DNA of 62,048 bases, the filler included. It is 3 parts of 3 records of this genome, joined end to end, with 100 filler letters (N's around TTAATTAATTAA, not from the genome) between each part and the next. Parts side by side here need not be neighbours in the genome. Positions count along the whole stretch, not along the records: positions 1 to 23,121 come from SRR2962707_3336; 2 more parts are not named here. One strand, 5' to 3'. Both the position numbers and the translations under genes were made by a program. Position 1 is the first letter of the stretch, and every line of letters begins with the position of its first letter. The notes beneath the pieces are model-generated. The model had not been told where the DNA came from. It searched no databases and worked only from the letters and a program-made list of their open reading frames with translations. Positions 10,503 through 19,621 of this stretch are shown piece after piece.

Positions 10503-10963
10503 CTGGATTCAAATTTAGCGTACGCGCTCGATGGAATTTTAGATTTAAAGTCGGATCCCTTTGGTTTAGGACGAACCCAGTCTAACATCCCTTTTGCCCA
10601 TACATAAGCCAGGCCTACAAGTAGAATACCAATGAAAATAAATGTCTCGATCATAGAGAACTTTGCCCATAATCCATTGCTTTGAACAATCAACTCCTTA
10701 TCCCCAAAGACGGTAGCCCATGGAAAAAGGAAGACTAATTCGGCTTCAAAAAGAAGAAATATGAGTGCAATGACATAGAACCGAACATTGAACTGACCCC
10801 AGGCGGTACCGGATGGCTCCTCCCCTGATTCATAAGTAGTTTGTTTTTCCGGATTGGGTCGATTTGGCCTGAGAATCCTACCAACTAGCAGGGTAATCAT
10901 CAGGAATCCAATTCCACCAACAATGAAGAGTAAAACGGTTCCAAATCCACTGATTTCCATCAT
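10499..10963 (-). CDS. nuoA: NADH-quinone oxidoreductase subunit A
   Basis: Three TM helices, YESGE and [14 protein letters not shown]. Confidence 0.93.
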   Translation of the reverse strand: MMEISGFGTVLLFIVGGIGFLMITLLVGRILRPNRPNPEKQTTYESGEEPSGTAWGQFNVRFYVIALIFLLFEAELVFLFPWATVFGDKELIVQSNGLWAKFSMIETFIFIGILLVGLAYVWAKGMLDWVRPKPKGSDFKSKIPSSAYAKFESR

Positions 10964-11014
10964 AACGGGAAATTACCCAATAATTAGGATTCAGCTATTT
11001 TCTACGAATGGTTT

Positions 11015-11644
11015 TTAGAATTTAAGCGGATCTAAATGCTTGAAATGACCATTTTGCTTGATCCTTTCTTGTGCAGAATGAGCTCGTTCAAGAGCCGGGA
11101 TTAATCGATGCAAATGTTCGAGGACAAATTCCAATCGCTCATTTTCACTTTGAAGCTCAAGGAGTTTATACTCTTCTTCAGGCTTCAATCCGATCTTATG
11201 TCCCACGTCGTAAACACACTTGATTGAGGCAACATCAGGCACATTTGTTTCCCCGAGCCAGTTGAAGAGTTGGGCACACAATTCTTTGAATTCAATCAGC
11301 AGATTAAAATCTCTCGAGTCATCAGAAGGTGGTAAAAAATCCACTTCGCCACCTGCGTATATTTTTTCACCCCAAGGATTCCAAAAGTCCTTCACATTGA
11401 AGCGTCTAAGCGCTTTCGTCTTGATATCCATTCTTCCATCGTCGTACTTTTTAGTCACCTCGACTATCTCTACCTCAGTTCCCAATTCTATTTTATTCAA
11501 AACATATGAGGGAATACCGAATGTGCCAGATGCTTCGAGGCAATCATTAATTAGTTGCTTATATCGAGGCTCGAACACATGAAGATTAACCGATTCCCCG
11601 GGAAAGGCGACAATGTTTAATGGAAAAAGTGGCAGTTTATTCAT
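11015..11644 (-). CDS. LON peptidase substrate-binding domain protein (stand-alone)
   Basis: LPLFPL...FPGE..LHVFEPRY motif; no AAA or protease domain. Confidence 0.88.
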   Translation of the reverse strand: MNKLPLFPLNIVAFPGESVNLHVFEPRYKQLINDCLEASGTFGIPSYVLNKIELGTEVEIVEVTKKYDDGRMDIKTKALRRFNVKDFWNPWGEKIYAGGEVDFLPPSDDSRDFNLLIEFKELCAQLFNWLGETNVPDVASIKCVYDVGHKIGLKPEEEYKLLELQSENERLEFVLEHLHRLIPALERAHSAQERIKQNGHFKHLDPLKF

Positions 11645-11727
11645 TTACAATCAGTCTTAGCAATTCATTTGTTTTTGCTTACCCATTATTTTCAACCCAC
11701 CCGAATCGAAATAGTTTGGTACTTTCG

Positions 11728-12210
11728 ATGGATATGAAAATCATGAAGATCAACAAAGGAAAGACACTGCCATTACCCTTTCGGTTTGTTGGAGCAGTCA
11801 TTGTTGGCATATCGGTGGTAAAAACCATGCAATCACTCAGTGAACCCTGGTCAATCATTATTGCGATTGTTCTTTCCATGTTGCTACCAGCTCTTTGGTT
11901 TGCCTCAGATCTGATTGTCATAGACATGGAAAAAAACCAGATTTTTGATGGGTACTGGGTAATGGGGTTCCGGATTGGAAAACCGGTTTCATTTCAATCC
12001 ATTGAAAAAATCTATTTGAATAAAGTGAAGACCAAGCAAACCATGTATTCTCTGGCTAACAACCAAAATGTTGTGACCAACCTTGAATATCAAGCCTACC
12101 TTAAAACTGATACTGGAGAAACCTTTTTTCTTTTTAGTCATCCTCTTGAAGAGCGTGCTGAAGAGAAGTTGACAAAAATCAGGAAGAAGCTTGGCCTTGA
12201 ATCTGCATAA
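11728..12210 (+). CDS. Hypothetical membrane protein (two N-terminal TM helices)
   Basis: ORF fills the gap, has a hydrophobic pair and a soluble tail. Start could be ATG 11728, 11734 or 11743. Confidence 0.65.
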   Translation: MDMKIMKINKGKTLPLPFRFVGAVIVGISVVKTMQSLSEPWSIIIAIVLSMLLPALWFASDLIVIDMEKNQIFDGYWVMGFRIGKPVSFQSIEKIYLNKVKTKQTMYSLANNQNVVTNLEYQAYLKTDTGETFFLFSHPLEERAEEKLTKIRKKLGLESA

Positions 12211-12227
12211 AAAAGTCTGGTGATGGT

Positions 12228-12235
12228 TAGTTTTG
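12228..12235 (+). promoter_or_regulatory. Bacteroidota -7 promoter box (TAnnTTTG) upstream of paaE
   Basis: TAGTTTTG ending 19 nt before the paaE ATG. Confidence 0.55.
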
Positions 12236-12254
12236 CCGAACCCAAAAATTGATC

Positions 12255-13319
12255 ATGGCAAAATTCCATACCCTAACGGTTAAGAATATTGAGCGACCAA
12301 CCGATGAATCGGTTGCTGTAACTTTCGACATCCCCGACCACCTTACTGAGGAGTTTAACTTCATCCAGGGACAGCACCTGACCCTGAAAAAAGATATCGA
12401 TGGAGAAGACACCAGAAGATCTTATTCGATCTGTTCTTGCCCTCTCAATAATGAACTCACTGTCGCAATCAAGAAATTAGAAGGTGGCAAATTCTCCACC
12501 TATGCCAATGATCAATTGCAGGTTGGAGACGAAATTGAAGTGATGCCGCCTCATGGTCATTTTTATGTGCCTCTGGATGCTAAAAATGAAAATTCCTACG
12601 TGGCATTTGCCAGCGGAAGTGGTATCACTCCTATCATTTCAATCATTGAAACAACTCTTAGGACAGAGCCAAATAGCGAATTCACTTTGATTTATGGGAA
12701 CCGTAAGACTGCAAGTATCATCTTCCATGAGCGTCTTGAAGCATTAAAAAATAGGTTCATGGGTAGATTTAGTATCTACCATATTCTGAGTCAGGAACGA
12801 CAGGAATCTGATCTATTTAATGGTCGTATTGATTCGGAAAAAGTAAAAGCATTCGGACGCATTTTCTTCGATTCATCAAAAGTGGATCATTTTTTCACCT
12901 GTGGACCTGAGCAAATGATGCTAGCGGTAGAGGAAGAACTCAAAGCGCTTGGAGTAGCAGATGAGAAAATTCATCTGGAATTGTTTACCTCCCCTGTTGG
13001 AAAATTGGGTGAGGAAAGGAAAGAAACAACACATACAAAAGCACAAGCTGAAATCACAGTTGTCTTGGATGGTAACAGTGTGACGTTCCCGTATGATTCT
13101 GATGAATCGATACTTGATGTGGCCTTCCAAAATGGAATGGATTTGCCGTATGCATGTAAAGGTGGTGTGTGCAGTACCTGTGTCGCTTGCGTTCAGGAAG
13201 GAGAAGTGGAGATGGATATCAACTATGCACTTGAACCTGACGAACTGGAAAGAGGACTTGTTCTGACCTGTCAGTCAAGACCCAAGACAGAAAAAGTGAA
13301 ACTCACCTTTGATGTGTAA
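12255..13319 (+). CDS. paaE: Phenylacetyl-CoA epoxidase reductase subunit
   Basis: RRSYSI FAD motif, GSGITP, C-terminal 2Fe-2S ACKGGVCSTC...LTCQ. Confidence 0.93.
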   Translation: MAKFHTLTVKNIERPTDESVAVTFDIPDHLTEEFNFIQGQHLTLKKDIDGEDTRRSYSICSCPLNNELTVAIKKLEGGKFSTYANDQLQVGDEIEVMPPHGHFYVPLDAKNENSYVAFASGSGITPIISIIETTLRTEPNSEFTLIYGNRKTASIIFHERLEALKNRFMGRFSIYHILSQERQESDLFNGRIDSEKVKAFGRIFFDSSKVDHFFTCGPEQMMLAVEEELKALGVADEKIHLELFTSPVGKLGEERKETTHTKAQAEITVVLDGNSVTFPYDSDESILDVAFQNGMDLPYACKGGVCSTCVACVQEGEVEMDINYALEPDELERGLVLTCQSRPKTEKVKLTFDV

Positions 13320-13350
13320 TACGAACAAAGAGCAAGTGGAGCTTGTTAAG

Positions 13351-13358
13351 TAACTTTG
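13351..13358 (+). promoter_or_regulatory. Bacteroidota -7 promoter box upstream of paaA
   Basis: TAACTTTG ending 17 nt before the paaA ATG. Confidence 0.5.
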
Positions 13359-13375
13359 AATAAAGCATTGATAAT

Positions 13376-14314
13376 ATGGATATTAAAAGCTTAGAGGATC
13401 GATTTAATGAGAAGATCGATGAGGACATCCGAATCGAACCGAAAGACTGGATGCCCGAGAATTATCGAAAGACATTGATTCGTCAGATCTCGCAGCATGC
13501 TCACTCTGAAATCGTTGGAATGCTTCCTGAAGCTAACTGGCTGACCAGGGCTCCAACATTGAGAAGAAAGGCAGCTGCACTGGCAAAAGTTCAGGATGAG
13601 GCCGGACATGGATTATATCTCTACAGTGCTTGCGAAACACTAGGGATAGATCGAGACACCTTGCTGGACGAACTACACACCGGAAAAGCAAAATATTCAA
13701 GCATTTTCAACTATCCAACCCTGACCTGGGCGGATATGGGTGCCATTGGATGGCTGGTTGATGGAGCAGCCATCATGAACCAGGTGCCGCTTTGCCGTAC
13801 CTCTTATGGTCCGTATGCGAGAGCCATGATTAGGGTATGTAAAGAAGAGTCTTTTCACCAACGACAAGGATATGAGATCATGCTTACCCTTTGCAAGGGA
13901 TCCGAAGAGCAGAAGAAGATGGCTCAAGATGCGTTGAACAGATGGTGGTGGCCATCGCTGATGATGTTTGGGCCTACCGACAAAGATTCCAAACACACCG
14001 AACAGTCGATGAGATGGAGAATTAAGCGATTCACCAATGATGAGTTACGTCAAAAATTCGTAGATGCTACTGTCCCACAAGCTGAACTCATAGGCTTAAA
14101 AGTTCCTGATAATGATTTGAAATGGAATGAAGAAAGAGGGCATTACGATTTTGGCGAAATCAACTGGGATGAATTCTTCAATGTGATCAAAGGAAATGGT
14201 CCATGCAACAAGCAGCGTCTGGATGCACGCAAAAAAGCATGGGATAATGGTGCATGGGTACGGGAAGCAGCTACCGCTCACGCAGAGAAAAAAGCAAAAC
14301 AAAAAGCAGCATAA
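13376..14314 (+). CDS. paaA: Phenylacetyl-CoA epoxidase subunit A
   Basis: [40 protein letters not shown]. Confidence 0.96.
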   Translation: MDIKSLEDRFNEKIDEDIRIEPKDWMPENYRKTLIRQISQHAHSEIVGMLPEANWLTRAPTLRRKAAALAKVQDEAGHGLYLYSACETLGIDRDTLLDELHTGKAKYSSIFNYPTLTWADMGAIGWLVDGAAIMNQVPLCRTSYGPYARAMIRVCKEESFHQRQGYEIMLTLCKGSEEQKKMAQDALNRWWWPSLMMFGPTDKDSKHTEQSMRWRIKRFTNDELRQKFVDATVPQAELIGLKVPDNDLKWNEERGHYDFGEINWDEFFNVIKGNGPCNKQRLDARKKAWDNGAWVREAATAHAEKKAKQKAA

Positions 14315-14324
14315 TTATACGAAT

Positions 14325-14606
14325 ATGAAAAACTGGCCACTCTGGGAAATTTTTATCCGAAGTAAAGCAGGCTTGAATCACAAGCACGTAGGAAGCCTTC
14401 ATGCTGCTGATGCAGAAATGGCTATTCAGAACGCAAGAGATGTTTACACCCGAAGAAATGAAGGAGTAAGCATATGGGTTGTAGAATCAAAATACCTGAC
14501 TGCCTCAGATCCTGATGATTCTGATCCATTGTATGAGCCGGCTAAAGACAAGGTATATCGTCACCCGACTTTTTACAATTTGCCAGATGAAGTGAAACAT
14601 ATGTAA
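14325..14606 (+). CDS. paaB: Phenylacetyl-CoA epoxidase subunit B
   Basis: WPLWEIFIRS..GL.HKHVGSLHA.D..MA..NARDVYTRRNEGVSIWVV; true start ATG 14325. Confidence 0.95.
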   Translation: MKNWPLWEIFIRSKAGLNHKHVGSLHAADAEMAIQNARDVYTRRNEGVSIWVVESKYLTASDPDDSDPLYEPAKDKVYRHPTFYNLPDEVKHM

Positions 14607-14640
14607 TTGGTGAATAGTGATTTGCTAACTAGTTAATTGG
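14604..14640. repeat. 7/8-nt tandem array upstream of four-helix-bundle gene B
   Basis: taattgg-tgaatag-tgatttg-ctaactag-ttaattgg, beginning at the paaB stop. Confidence 0.7.
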
Positions 14641-15021
14641 ATGTCTCAGAATTTGCAAGATCTGGAAGTTTGGAAAAAATCTAGAGAGTTTAGAAATGAA
14701 ATTTCGAAGCTATGCAAAACATTTCCAGCAGTTGAGAAATTTAGACTAATCGATCAGTTGATAAGGTCATCCAGATCTATTTCTGCCAATATTGCTGAAG
14801 GACATGGGAGGTTCCATTTTCAGGAAAACATTCAATTCTGCAGGCAAGCAAGAGGAAGTATTACAGAAACATTTGATCACTTAACAGTTGCAGTAGATGA
14901 GGGATTCGTAAAGGTTTTGGAGTTTGAGAGATTAAATCAGCAATTAGAAGTACTAGCCAAAATGCTTAATGGATATATCAATTATTTGCAAAAACGAAAA
15001 AATGAGGAACTAATCCACTGA
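14641..15021 (+). CDS. Four helix bundle protein, copy B
   Basis: DLEVWKKS...EKFRLIDQLIRSSRSISANIAEGHGR...ARGS..ET...KMLNGYI. Lies between paaB and paaC. Confidence 0.93.
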   Translation: MSQNLQDLEVWKKSREFRNEISKLCKTFPAVEKFRLIDQLIRSSRSISANIAEGHGRFHFQENIQFCRQARGSITETFDHLTVAVDEGFVKVLEFERLNQQLEVLAKMLNGYINYLQKRKNEELIH

Positions 15022-15047
15022 TAAACTAATGAACGATTTAACCAAGT
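15008..15047. repeat. 8-nt tandem array downstream of gene B (inverted relative to 14604-14640)
   Basis: aactaatc-cactgata-aactaatg-aacgattt-aaccaagt; contains gene B stop and paaC ATG. Confidence 0.7.
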
Positions 15048-15784
15048 ATAACTATACTCTGCAACAAGCTGATAACTGTCTAATTCTAGGCCAAAGACTG
15101 GCTGAATGGTGTGGGCACGGGCCTGTCCTGGAGCAGGACATTGCAATGACCAATATTGCGCTCGATCTAATCGGTCAGGCAAGGATGCTCTATCAATATG
15201 CTGCAGAAGTTCAAGGAGAAGGAAAATCAGAAGATGATGTGGCCTACCTGAGAGATGCATGGGGATATAAAAATGTACTCTTGGTAGAACAGCCTAATGG
15301 TGACTTTGCTCAGACCATACTCCGACAATTTTTATTCGACTCGCACAATTGTTATTTCTACGAGTCATTGATGAACAGCTCAGATGAAACCCTTGCTGCA
15401 ATAGCTGCTAAATCACATAAAGAAGCACTTTACCATCTTAAATGGAGTGGGGATTGGGTAATTCGATTAGGAGATGGTACTGAAGAAAGTAACCAGCGAA
15501 TAACAAATGCTCTTGAGGAATTATGGTCGTATGCAGGTGAGCTCACTATGCCAAGTGAAACGGACATCACGGCTCTCAAGGAAGGATATGGCATTAACCT
15601 GGAAGAAATAAAGACCAAAAGAGAGGCTAAAATTCAAGAAGTCTTTGATGAAGCAACCTTGAAAGTGCCGGAAGGTTCGTATTCACATAAAGGAGGTAAA
15701 GAAGGAAAGCACACAGAGCATCTTGGTTACATCCTGGCCGATCTTCAGTTCCTTCAAAGAGCTTATCCTGGTCTAGAGTGGTAA
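15029..15784 (+). CDS. paaC: Phenylacetyl-CoA epoxidase subunit C
   Basis: LILGQRLAEWCGHGPVLEQDIA..NIALDLIGQAR, G.HTEHLGYILA.LQFLQRAYPG..W. Confidence 0.95.
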   Translation: MNDLTKYNYTLQQADNCLILGQRLAEWCGHGPVLEQDIAMTNIALDLIGQARMLYQYAAEVQGEGKSEDDVAYLRDAWGYKNVLLVEQPNGDFAQTILRQFLFDSHNCYFYESLMNSSDETLAAIAAKSHKEALYHLKWSGDWVIRLGDGTEESNQRITNALEELWSYAGELTMPSETDITALKEGYGINLEEIKTKREAKIQEVFDEATLKVPEGSYSHKGGKEGKHTEHLGYILADLQFLQRAYPGLEW

Positions 15785-15785
15785 A

Positions 15786-16166
15786 ATGAATCTCAATCAG
15801 GTCACCGTTCCATCCCTAGATGTACCAAAATCAATTGATTTTTATAAAGCACTTGGCTTAACACTTATTGTCCATACACATGATAAGTATGCACGATTTG
15901 AATGCCCCAATGGTGATTCTACATTTTCAATACACTACGTTGAAAAGATAGCAGAAGGAGAAAAACCGGTGATCTACTTTGAATGCGATGATCTAGACAA
16001 ACAAGTCCAAAATCTCCTAGATCAGGGAATAGAATTCACTGAATTACCAAACGACAAGGGCTGGGCTTGGCGAGAAGCGCACTTGTTCGATCCTTACGGA
16101 AATCATCTTATCCTTTTCAAAGCCGGCAAGAACAGAAAAAATCCACCTTGGAGATTAAAGGAATAA
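15786..16166 (+). CDS. VOC (glyoxalase/bleomycin resistance) family protein
   Basis: SIDFY..LG, YFECDDLD, W.WREA.L.DP.GN. Confidence 0.88.
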   Translation: MNLNQVTVPSLDVPKSIDFYKALGLTLIVHTHDKYARFECPNGDSTFSIHYVEKIAEGEKPVIYFECDDLDKQVQNLLDQGIEFTELPNDKGWAWREAHLFDPYGNHLILFKAGKNRKNPPWRLKE

Positions 16167-16372
16167 TGGATTACTTGATTCAAACTGCCGAAATCAGAGC
16201 ATCAGAATCGAATAGAGGTCATGGAATTGGAACTTCGCTGATGACTTTTTGCTTAAATAAAGCAAAGGAGTTAGGTTATAAAAATATCATCTTGCAGGGA
16301 ACAGATGATGGTTTAGGTATTTACCAAAAGCATGGATTTAAAGAAGTCACCACCTATTTTGAATATGCATGA
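16166..16372 (+). CDS. Short (68 aa) GNAT acetyltransferase fragment
   Basis: ATG overlaps the VOC stop (TAATG). Acetyl-CoA motif RGHGIGT.L and IY.KHGF present; N-terminal half missing. Confidence 0.65.
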   Translation: MDYLIQTAEIRASESNRGHGIGTSLMTFCLNKAKELGYKNIILQGTDDGLGIYQKHGFKEVTTYFEYA

Positions 16373-16830
16373 CAATAGATAAACATCAAATCAATCAATT
16401 ATTAGAACAAGTTACGGATCCGGAAATTCCTGTTATTTCTATTCTTGATCTGGGAATCGTAAGGGACATAAAACTGAATGGAAAACAGGTTGAGGTGATC
16501 ATTACTCCCACTTATTCAGGCTGTCCGGCCATGCTTGAAATTGAAAAAAACATCAATAACATCCTCAAGCAAAATGGTATTGCAGAGGTGAAAGTAACAA
16601 CCGTCCTCTCCCCTGCCTGGACAACAGATTGGATGTCGCAAAAAGGCATGCACCAGTTGAAAGAATACGGCATTGCACCACCGAATCCAACAGCCCCTGA
16701 AGATGTCAATTGTCCCGCTTGTGGATCAGAAAACACCACTCTGGTTAGCCAATTTGGTTCAACAGCATGTAAGTCATTATACAAATGCAATGATTGTCTG
16801 GAGCCCTTTGATTATTTCAAATGTCATTAG
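16369..16830 (+). CDS. paaD: Phenylacetyl-CoA epoxidase subunit D
   Basis: V.DPEIPVISILDLGIVR, TPTYSGCPA, CPACGS...FGSTACK..Y.C..CLEPFDYFKCH. Confidence 0.95.
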   Translation: MTIDKHQINQLLEQVTDPEIPVISILDLGIVRDIKLNGKQVEVIITPTYSGCPAMLEIEKNINNILKQNGIAEVKVTTVLSPAWTTDWMSQKGMHQLKEYGIAPPNPTAPEDVNCPACGSENTTLVSQFGSTACKSLYKCNDCLEPFDYFKCH

Positions 16831-16867
16831 TTGGTAATTAGTAGATTAGTGAAATAGTTATTAGTTA
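16826..16867. repeat. 8-nt tandem array upstream of four-helix-bundle gene C
   Basis: attagtt-ggtaattagt-agattagt-gaaatagt-tattagt-ta; includes the paaD TAG stop. Confidence 0.8.
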
Positions 16868-17233
16868 ATGAAACTTGTCGATCTGGATATATGGAAAAAA
16901 TCAAGAGTATTTCGAAATGATATTAGCCAAATGGCGAGAGCATTACCGGAGGTAGAAAAATACAAGCTTGTCGACCAAATCATTAGGTCATCACGATCAG
17001 TAACAGCTAATATTGCAGAAGGTCATGGCAGATACCATTACCAAGAAAATATTCAATTTTGTAGAATAGCAAGAGGAAGCCTCATTGAGACTTTCGATCA
17101 CTTGACAGTTGCTTTAGATGAAAAGTATATCGTTCGGGAAAAATTTGATGAACTCTTTTTGAAATATGAAGAATTGATCAAAATGATCAACGGATATATT
17201 ACTTATCTAAACAAAAGGAAAGTTGATAGCTAA
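16868..17233 (+). CDS. Four helix bundle protein, copy C
   Basis: Same motifs as copy B (about 74 of 120 aligned residues identical by manual count). Lies between paaD and paaG. Confidence 0.93.
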   Translation: MKLVDLDIWKKSRVFRNDISQMARALPEVEKYKLVDQIIRSSRSVTANIAEGHGRYHYQENIQFCRIARGSLIETFDHLTVALDEKYIVREKFDELFLKYEELIKMINGYITYLNKRKVDS

Positions 17234-17266
17234 TACTTTTTAACTCATTAACCAATCTACTAAACC
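17228..17266. repeat. 8-nt tandem array downstream of gene C (inverted relative to 16826-16867)
   Basis: aactcatt-aaccaatc-tactaaac; accaatctactaa matches the reverse complement of upstream ttagtagattagt at 12 of 13 positions. Confidence 0.8.
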
Positions 17267-17269
17267 CCT

Positions 17270-18049
17270 ATGTCTAATACGCTCCAACTTTCCCAGAAAG
17301 ACAACTTAGGTATTATCACCTTCAATCGACCTGATGTATTCAACAGTTTCAATAAGGAACTGGCATTAGCTGTTCAGAAGGCATTAAATGACTACTCAAG
17401 CGATCCTTCCATTAGAGCAATCATGCTGACAGGAAATGGTAAGGCATTCTGTGCAGGTCAAGATTTGCAGGAAGCCATCGCCGATAATGGGTTAGAAATT
17501 GAGCAAATTGTGGAGGAGCATTACAATCCGATCATTCGACAGATCAGAAGCATTGAAAAGCCAATCGTTGCTGCCATCAATGGAGTTGCTGCTGGAGCGG
17601 GTGCCAATATTGCGCTTGCATGTGATGTGACCATTGCCACAGCATCTGCCTCATTCATTCAGGCATTTAGCAAAATCGGATTAGTCCCTGATAGTGGTGG
17701 TACTTTCACTTTGCCAAGAATCATCGGGTTCCAAAAAGCATCTGCTTTGATGATGCTAGGTGATAAAGTATCTGCAGAAGAGGCCGAGAAAATGGGAATG
17801 ATTTACAAAGTGGTTCCTGATGACCAATTTGCGGAAGAAACAGAAGCACTTGCATTGAAACTTGCGAACATGCCTACCAAGGGGTTAGCCTATACCAAGC
17901 ATTTGCTGAATCAGTCATTCACCAATGATCTTGATCAACAACTGGAGTTGGAAAAAGAGTGGCAATTCAAAGCCACTGAGACTTACGACTACAAAGAAGG
18001 AGTCAACGCCTTTATGGAGAAACGTAAACCGGAATTTAAAGGAGAATAA
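17270..18049 (+). CDS. paaG: Enoyl-CoA hydratase family, ring 1,2-epoxyphenylacetyl-CoA isomerase
   Basis: FCAGQDL, NGVAAGAGANIALACD, IGLVPDSGGT; paa context. Confidence 0.88.
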   Translation: MSNTLQLSQKDNLGIITFNRPDVFNSFNKELALAVQKALNDYSSDPSIRAIMLTGNGKAFCAGQDLQEAIADNGLEIEQIVEEHYNPIIRQIRSIEKPIVAAINGVAAGAGANIALACDVTIATASASFIQAFSKIGLVPDSGGTFTLPRIIGFQKASALMMLGDKVSAEEAEKMGMIYKVVPDDQFAEETEALALKLANMPTKGLAYTKHLLNQSFTNDLDQQLELEKEWQFKATETYDYKEGVNAFMEKRKPEFKGE

Positions 18050-19206
18050 TGCCAAAGCTAAGTGTAATAGGTGCCGGAACAATGGGCACAGGAATTGCCC
18101 AGGTCGCTGCGACGGCAGGATGGGATGTAGTCATCAACGACACCAATAGTGAGATACTGGAAAAATCATCCGATAGCCTCGTGAAGGTGATGTGCCGGTT
18201 GGTAGAGAAAGAAAAGATTGATCAAAAGACTGCTGATGGCATCTTAGGAAGAATAGACTTTACGGACGATCAGCAATACTTTGAAAACTCAGATCTGGTT
18301 ATTGAAGCAATTGTCGAAAACCTGGAAATCAAGAAAAAGGTATTTACCGCTGTAGAAGAAATCGTGAGAGAGGATACCATAATTGCTTCCAACACTTCTT
18401 CTCTATCCCTTGCATCAATTGGTTCCTCTTTGAAAAATCCTTCAAGGTTTGTGGGAATCCATTTTTTCAATCCGGCTCCATTGATGCCATTAGTTGAAAT
18501 CATTCCTGCGGTTCAAACAGAGAATTCTATTACAACCCAAGCCAAAGATTGGGTAGATAGCTGGGGGAAATTGACGGTTTTGGCAAAAGACACCCCGGGT
18601 TTCATTGTAAATCGTGTGGCTCGTCCATTTTATGGTGAGTCCCTACGAATCTATGAAGAGGGCATTGCCGATTTTACAACCATTGACTGGGCTATGAAAG
18701 AACTTGGTGGTTTTAGAATGGGCCCATTTGAGTTGATGGATTTCATCGGTAACGATATTAATTATACAGTTACAGAGACTGTGTTTCAATCCTTCTTTTA
18801 TGACCCTCGCTACCGACCTTCTTTTACTCAAAAACGAATGTCAGAAGCGGGATTTTTGGGGAGAAAATCAGGTAGAGGATATTACAATTATGCGGAGGGA
18901 GCTAGCAAACCTAAACCAACGGAGGATAAGGCGCTTGGTCAGCAAATTTTAGATCGTGTACTGGCTATGTTGATTAATGAAGCCGCTGATGCATTGTTTT
19001 TAAACATAGCAAGCAGAGATGATATCGATTTAGCCATGACCAAAGGTGTCAACTATCCAAAAGGATTACTGAAATGGGCTGACGAAAAAGGAATTGATCG
19101 GTGCGTTCAAAAAATGGATGAGCTATACGATGAATATCGTGAAGACCGGTATAGATGTAGTCCTCTTTTGAGAAGAATGAAAGAAAAAGGAAGCACTTTT
19201 TACTGA
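18049..19206 (+). CDS. paaH: 3-hydroxyacyl-CoA (3-hydroxyadipyl-CoA) dehydrogenase
   Basis: GAGTMGTG, SNTSS, HFFNP, PGFIVNR; duplicated C-terminal domain. Confidence 0.9.
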   Translation: MPKLSVIGAGTMGTGIAQVAATAGWDVVINDTNSEILEKSSDSLVKVMCRLVEKEKIDQKTADGILGRIDFTDDQQYFENSDLVIEAIVENLEIKKKVFTAVEEIVREDTIIASNTSSLSLASIGSSLKNPSRFVGIHFFNPAPLMPLVEIIPAVQTENSITTQAKDWVDSWGKLTVLAKDTPGFIVNRVARPFYGESLRIYEEGIADFTTIDWAMKELGGFRMGPFELMDFIGNDINYTVTETVFQSFFYDPRYRPSFTQKRMSEAGFLGRKSGRGYYNYAEGASKPKPTEDKALGQQILDRVLAMLINEAADALFLNIASRDDIDLAMTKGVNYPKGLLKWADEKGIDRCVQKMDELYDEYREDRYRCSPLLRRMKEKGSTFY

Positions 19207-19207
19207 T

Positions 19208-19621
19208 ATGACCAAATCCGAAAAAATAGTTGCTGAGATGATGGCAAAAGACACCTTTAGTCAGTGGCTTGGTGTTGAGGTATTGGAAGTTATGGAAGGT
19301 TTTGCCAAAATTAAAATGACGGTAAGGAATGAGATGCTAAACGGACACCTGGTAGCTCATGGTGGTATTTCATTTTCTCTTGCCGACAGTGCCTTTGCAT
19401 TTGCATCCAATTCTCATGGACAGAAAGCGGTTTCTATTGAAACATCAATCAATCATATCAAACCGGTTATTGAAGGAGATGAATTAATAGCCACCGCAGA
19501 AAAGGAAAGTATCTCTAAAAGCTTGGGACAGTACATCGTACGTGTTACCAGAGGAGATGAGTTGGTTGGGCTTTTCAAAGGAGTTGTTTTTCGTAAACAG
19601 GATACCTGGGATATTAGTTAA
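19208..19621 (+). CDS. paaI: Hotdog-fold phenylacetyl-CoA thioesterase
   Basis: MLNG...AHGG..FSLADSAFAFASNS. Confidence 0.9.
   Translation: MTKSEKIVAEMMAKDTFSQWLGVEVLEVMEGFAKIKMTVRNEMLNGHLVAHGGISFSLADSAFAFASNSHGQKAVSIETSINHIKPVIEGDELIATAEKESISKSLGQYIVRVTRGDELVGLFKGVVFRKQDTWDIS

Noticed and set aside
14196-14324. Extended N-terminus of paaB in the ORF track
   Set aside because: Overlaps paaA; homology begins at ATG 14325.
9106-17233. Diversity-generating retroelement suggested by bAvd-like proteins
   Set aside because: No reverse transcriptase and no template/variable repeat pair differing at adenines was seen in the contig.
9106-17233. 23S rRNA gene with intervening sequence
   Set aside because: Flanks are protein-coding nuo and paa genes; no rRNA sequence recognised.
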